DNA of 35,104 nucleotides, taken from contig JAJYMK010000003.1 of the NCBI GenBank assembly GCA_021786945.1, positions 1-35,104 of the forward strand, given 5' to 3'. The translations under genes were made by a program, and so were the position numbers. The stretch is from a bacterium (lineage in GTDB: Bacteria; Patescibacteriota; Minisyncoccia; UBA6257; 02-FULL-45-10c). The notes under the pieces were generated by a model. That model was not told the DNA's origin. It saw nothing but the letters and a program-made list of their open reading frames with translations, and did not search any database. Below are positions 33,813-35,104 of the stretch, in pieces. Position 1 is the first letter of the stretch. Every line of letters starts with the position of its first letter.

Positions 33813-35104
33813 ATGCGTATCAGGCCCAAAATTTTTATAGATTTAAAAAAATCTCAGATTGATATTTTTTCGAAAAAAGTTTCGAGGCTGGATTTGCGTG
33901 AAGAAAAAATATTAAGAGTGCCAATTCTGAGATTTGTTAAATATTTAGGATTATTGGCAGCTTCTTTATATCTAATTTTCGGCTCGGCTTTGGCTCCAAT
34001 AGACAAAGCCAATCTTTCTTTAGCTGCGCAAAATGAAGCCGAAAGAAAACAATTAGAGGACCAACTTACTTCTTTAGAAAATCAAATTAGCCAATATCAG
34101 GATACGATTACTCAATATCAGAGTCAGGGAAAAAGTTTGCAGGGTGAAATTAATAAGCTCAATGCCAAAATTGCATCCCTTAATTTGCAGGTCAAGGCTA
34201 CAACTTTATCAATTAAAAAATTGGATGATGAAATCGCTGACAATAAATCCCAAATAAAAACAACTGAAACAGATATAGAAAAAAACAAAAGAATTTTGTC
34301 TTATACCTTACAAAGTATTTATGCCAGCGGAGATACTTCCATGATAGAGGTATTTTTGAAAAATGTTGCTGTTTCTGATTTTTATGATGACGTAAAAAAT
34401 TTGACTGACGTACAGGATAACCTAAGAATAACGTTGGAAAAAGTTATGGACTTGAAGAGCCAGTTATTGGACGAGCAGACTCAGCTATCTTTACAAAAAA
34501 AGGACGCTGACCAACTAAAAGCATATCAGCTTAGCCAAAAGCAAATTGTTGATAACACAAAAAAAGAAAAAGCGGATTTATTAACAGCCACAAAGGGCCA
34601 GGAATCAAAGTATCAGGATCTTTTGAAGCAAACTCAAAAAACAGCCGCTGAAATAAGAAGCCAAATCTTTAAGCTTCTTGGCGGAGGTGAGTTGCCTTTT
34701 GGAGATGCAGTCAAAATCGCCACTTTAGCCGAAAAATCAACAGGTGTAAGAGCATCTTTTATAATGGCTATTCTTACTCAGGAGTCTTCTGTTTCTGGCG
34801 TGATCGGCGCCAATTTGGGAAAGTGCTATTATAATACTCCAAGGAATAATTCCAGCGGAACCGTGATGAGTAATTCCCAGAAACCAGTATTTTTACAAAT
34901 AATGTCTGATTTAAAAATGGATCCGGATAAGACTCCTGTTTCGTGCCCAATTTCTTCCGATGGGGCTTATGGAGGAGCTATGGGTCCTGCGCAATTTATG
35001 CCTACTACTTGGCAGCTTTACGATGATAAAATTTCAGGAATCACCGGCAATAAACCCGCCTCACCATTTAATAATGCAGATGCTTTTACCGGCACAGCGT
35101 TGTT
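33813..35104 (+). CDS. Coiled-coil (CwlO/PcsB-like) plus lytic murein transglycosylase protein, 3' end outside window
   Basis: Absent from the ORF track because there is no stop in the window. Reads MRIRPKIFIDL..., a TM segment, a long coiled coil, AILTQES and YGGAMGPAQFMPTTW (in frame at 34971). Preceded by TGTTATAAT at 33793-33801. Confidence 0.88.
   Translation, partial: MRIRPKIFIDLKKSQIDIFSKKVSRLDLREEKILRVPILRFVKYLGLLAASLYLIFGSALAPIDKANLSLAAQNEAERKQLEDQLTSLENQISQYQDTITQYQSQGKSLQGEINKLNAKIASLNLQVKATTLSIKKLDDEIADNKSQIKTTETDIEKNKRILSYTLQSIYASGDTSMIEVFLKNVAVSDFYDDVKNLTDVQDNLRITLEKVMDLKSQLLDEQTQLSLQKKDADQLKAYQLSQKQIVDNTKKEKADLLTATKGQESKYQDLLKQTQKTAAEIRSQIFKLLGGGELPFGDAVKIATLAEKSTGVRASFIMAILTQESSVSGVIGANLGKCYYNTPRNNSSGTVMSNSQKPVFLQIMSDLKMDPDKTPVSCPISSDGAYGGAMGPAQFMPTTWQLYDDKISGITGNKPASPFNNADAFTGTAL

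Overview
AT-rich, gene-dense bacterial DNA, mostly + strand, standard code 11. Gene content and style suggest Patescibacteria/CPR, probably Parcubacteria; this is an inference. Positions 1-10078 are a surface-glycan locus: four SAM methyltransferases, a GT4, an AsnB-type amidotransferase, two decayed methyltransferase genes, a Wzx flippase and an O-antigen-ligase/TPR protein. Positions 10106-13476 hold recG and a convergent stand-alone wHTH + Cas2-like (PaaX-type) gene. These two genes are bracketed by three copies of a 40-bp structured palindrome, TGTTTCCAT-N7-GCTATAGC-N7-ATGGAAACA, followed by a candidate small RNA and a cluster of TTCGGCAA motifs. This is the most interesting part of the window. 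Next come a membrane-anchored protein overlapping a 1466-aa secreted Zn-phospholipase C/S1-P1-like, lamin-tail and PKD protein, then small hypotheticals, TrmH, two GT4s, DUF192 and an MFS transporter. A central-carbon cluster follows (gap, capA-like, rpiB, rpe, split tkt, pfkB, an unknown 412-aa protein, an orphan receiver, fba), then rplY and a truncated coiled-coil lytic transglycosylase. No rRNA, tRNA, CRISPR array, transposase or integrase was seen.
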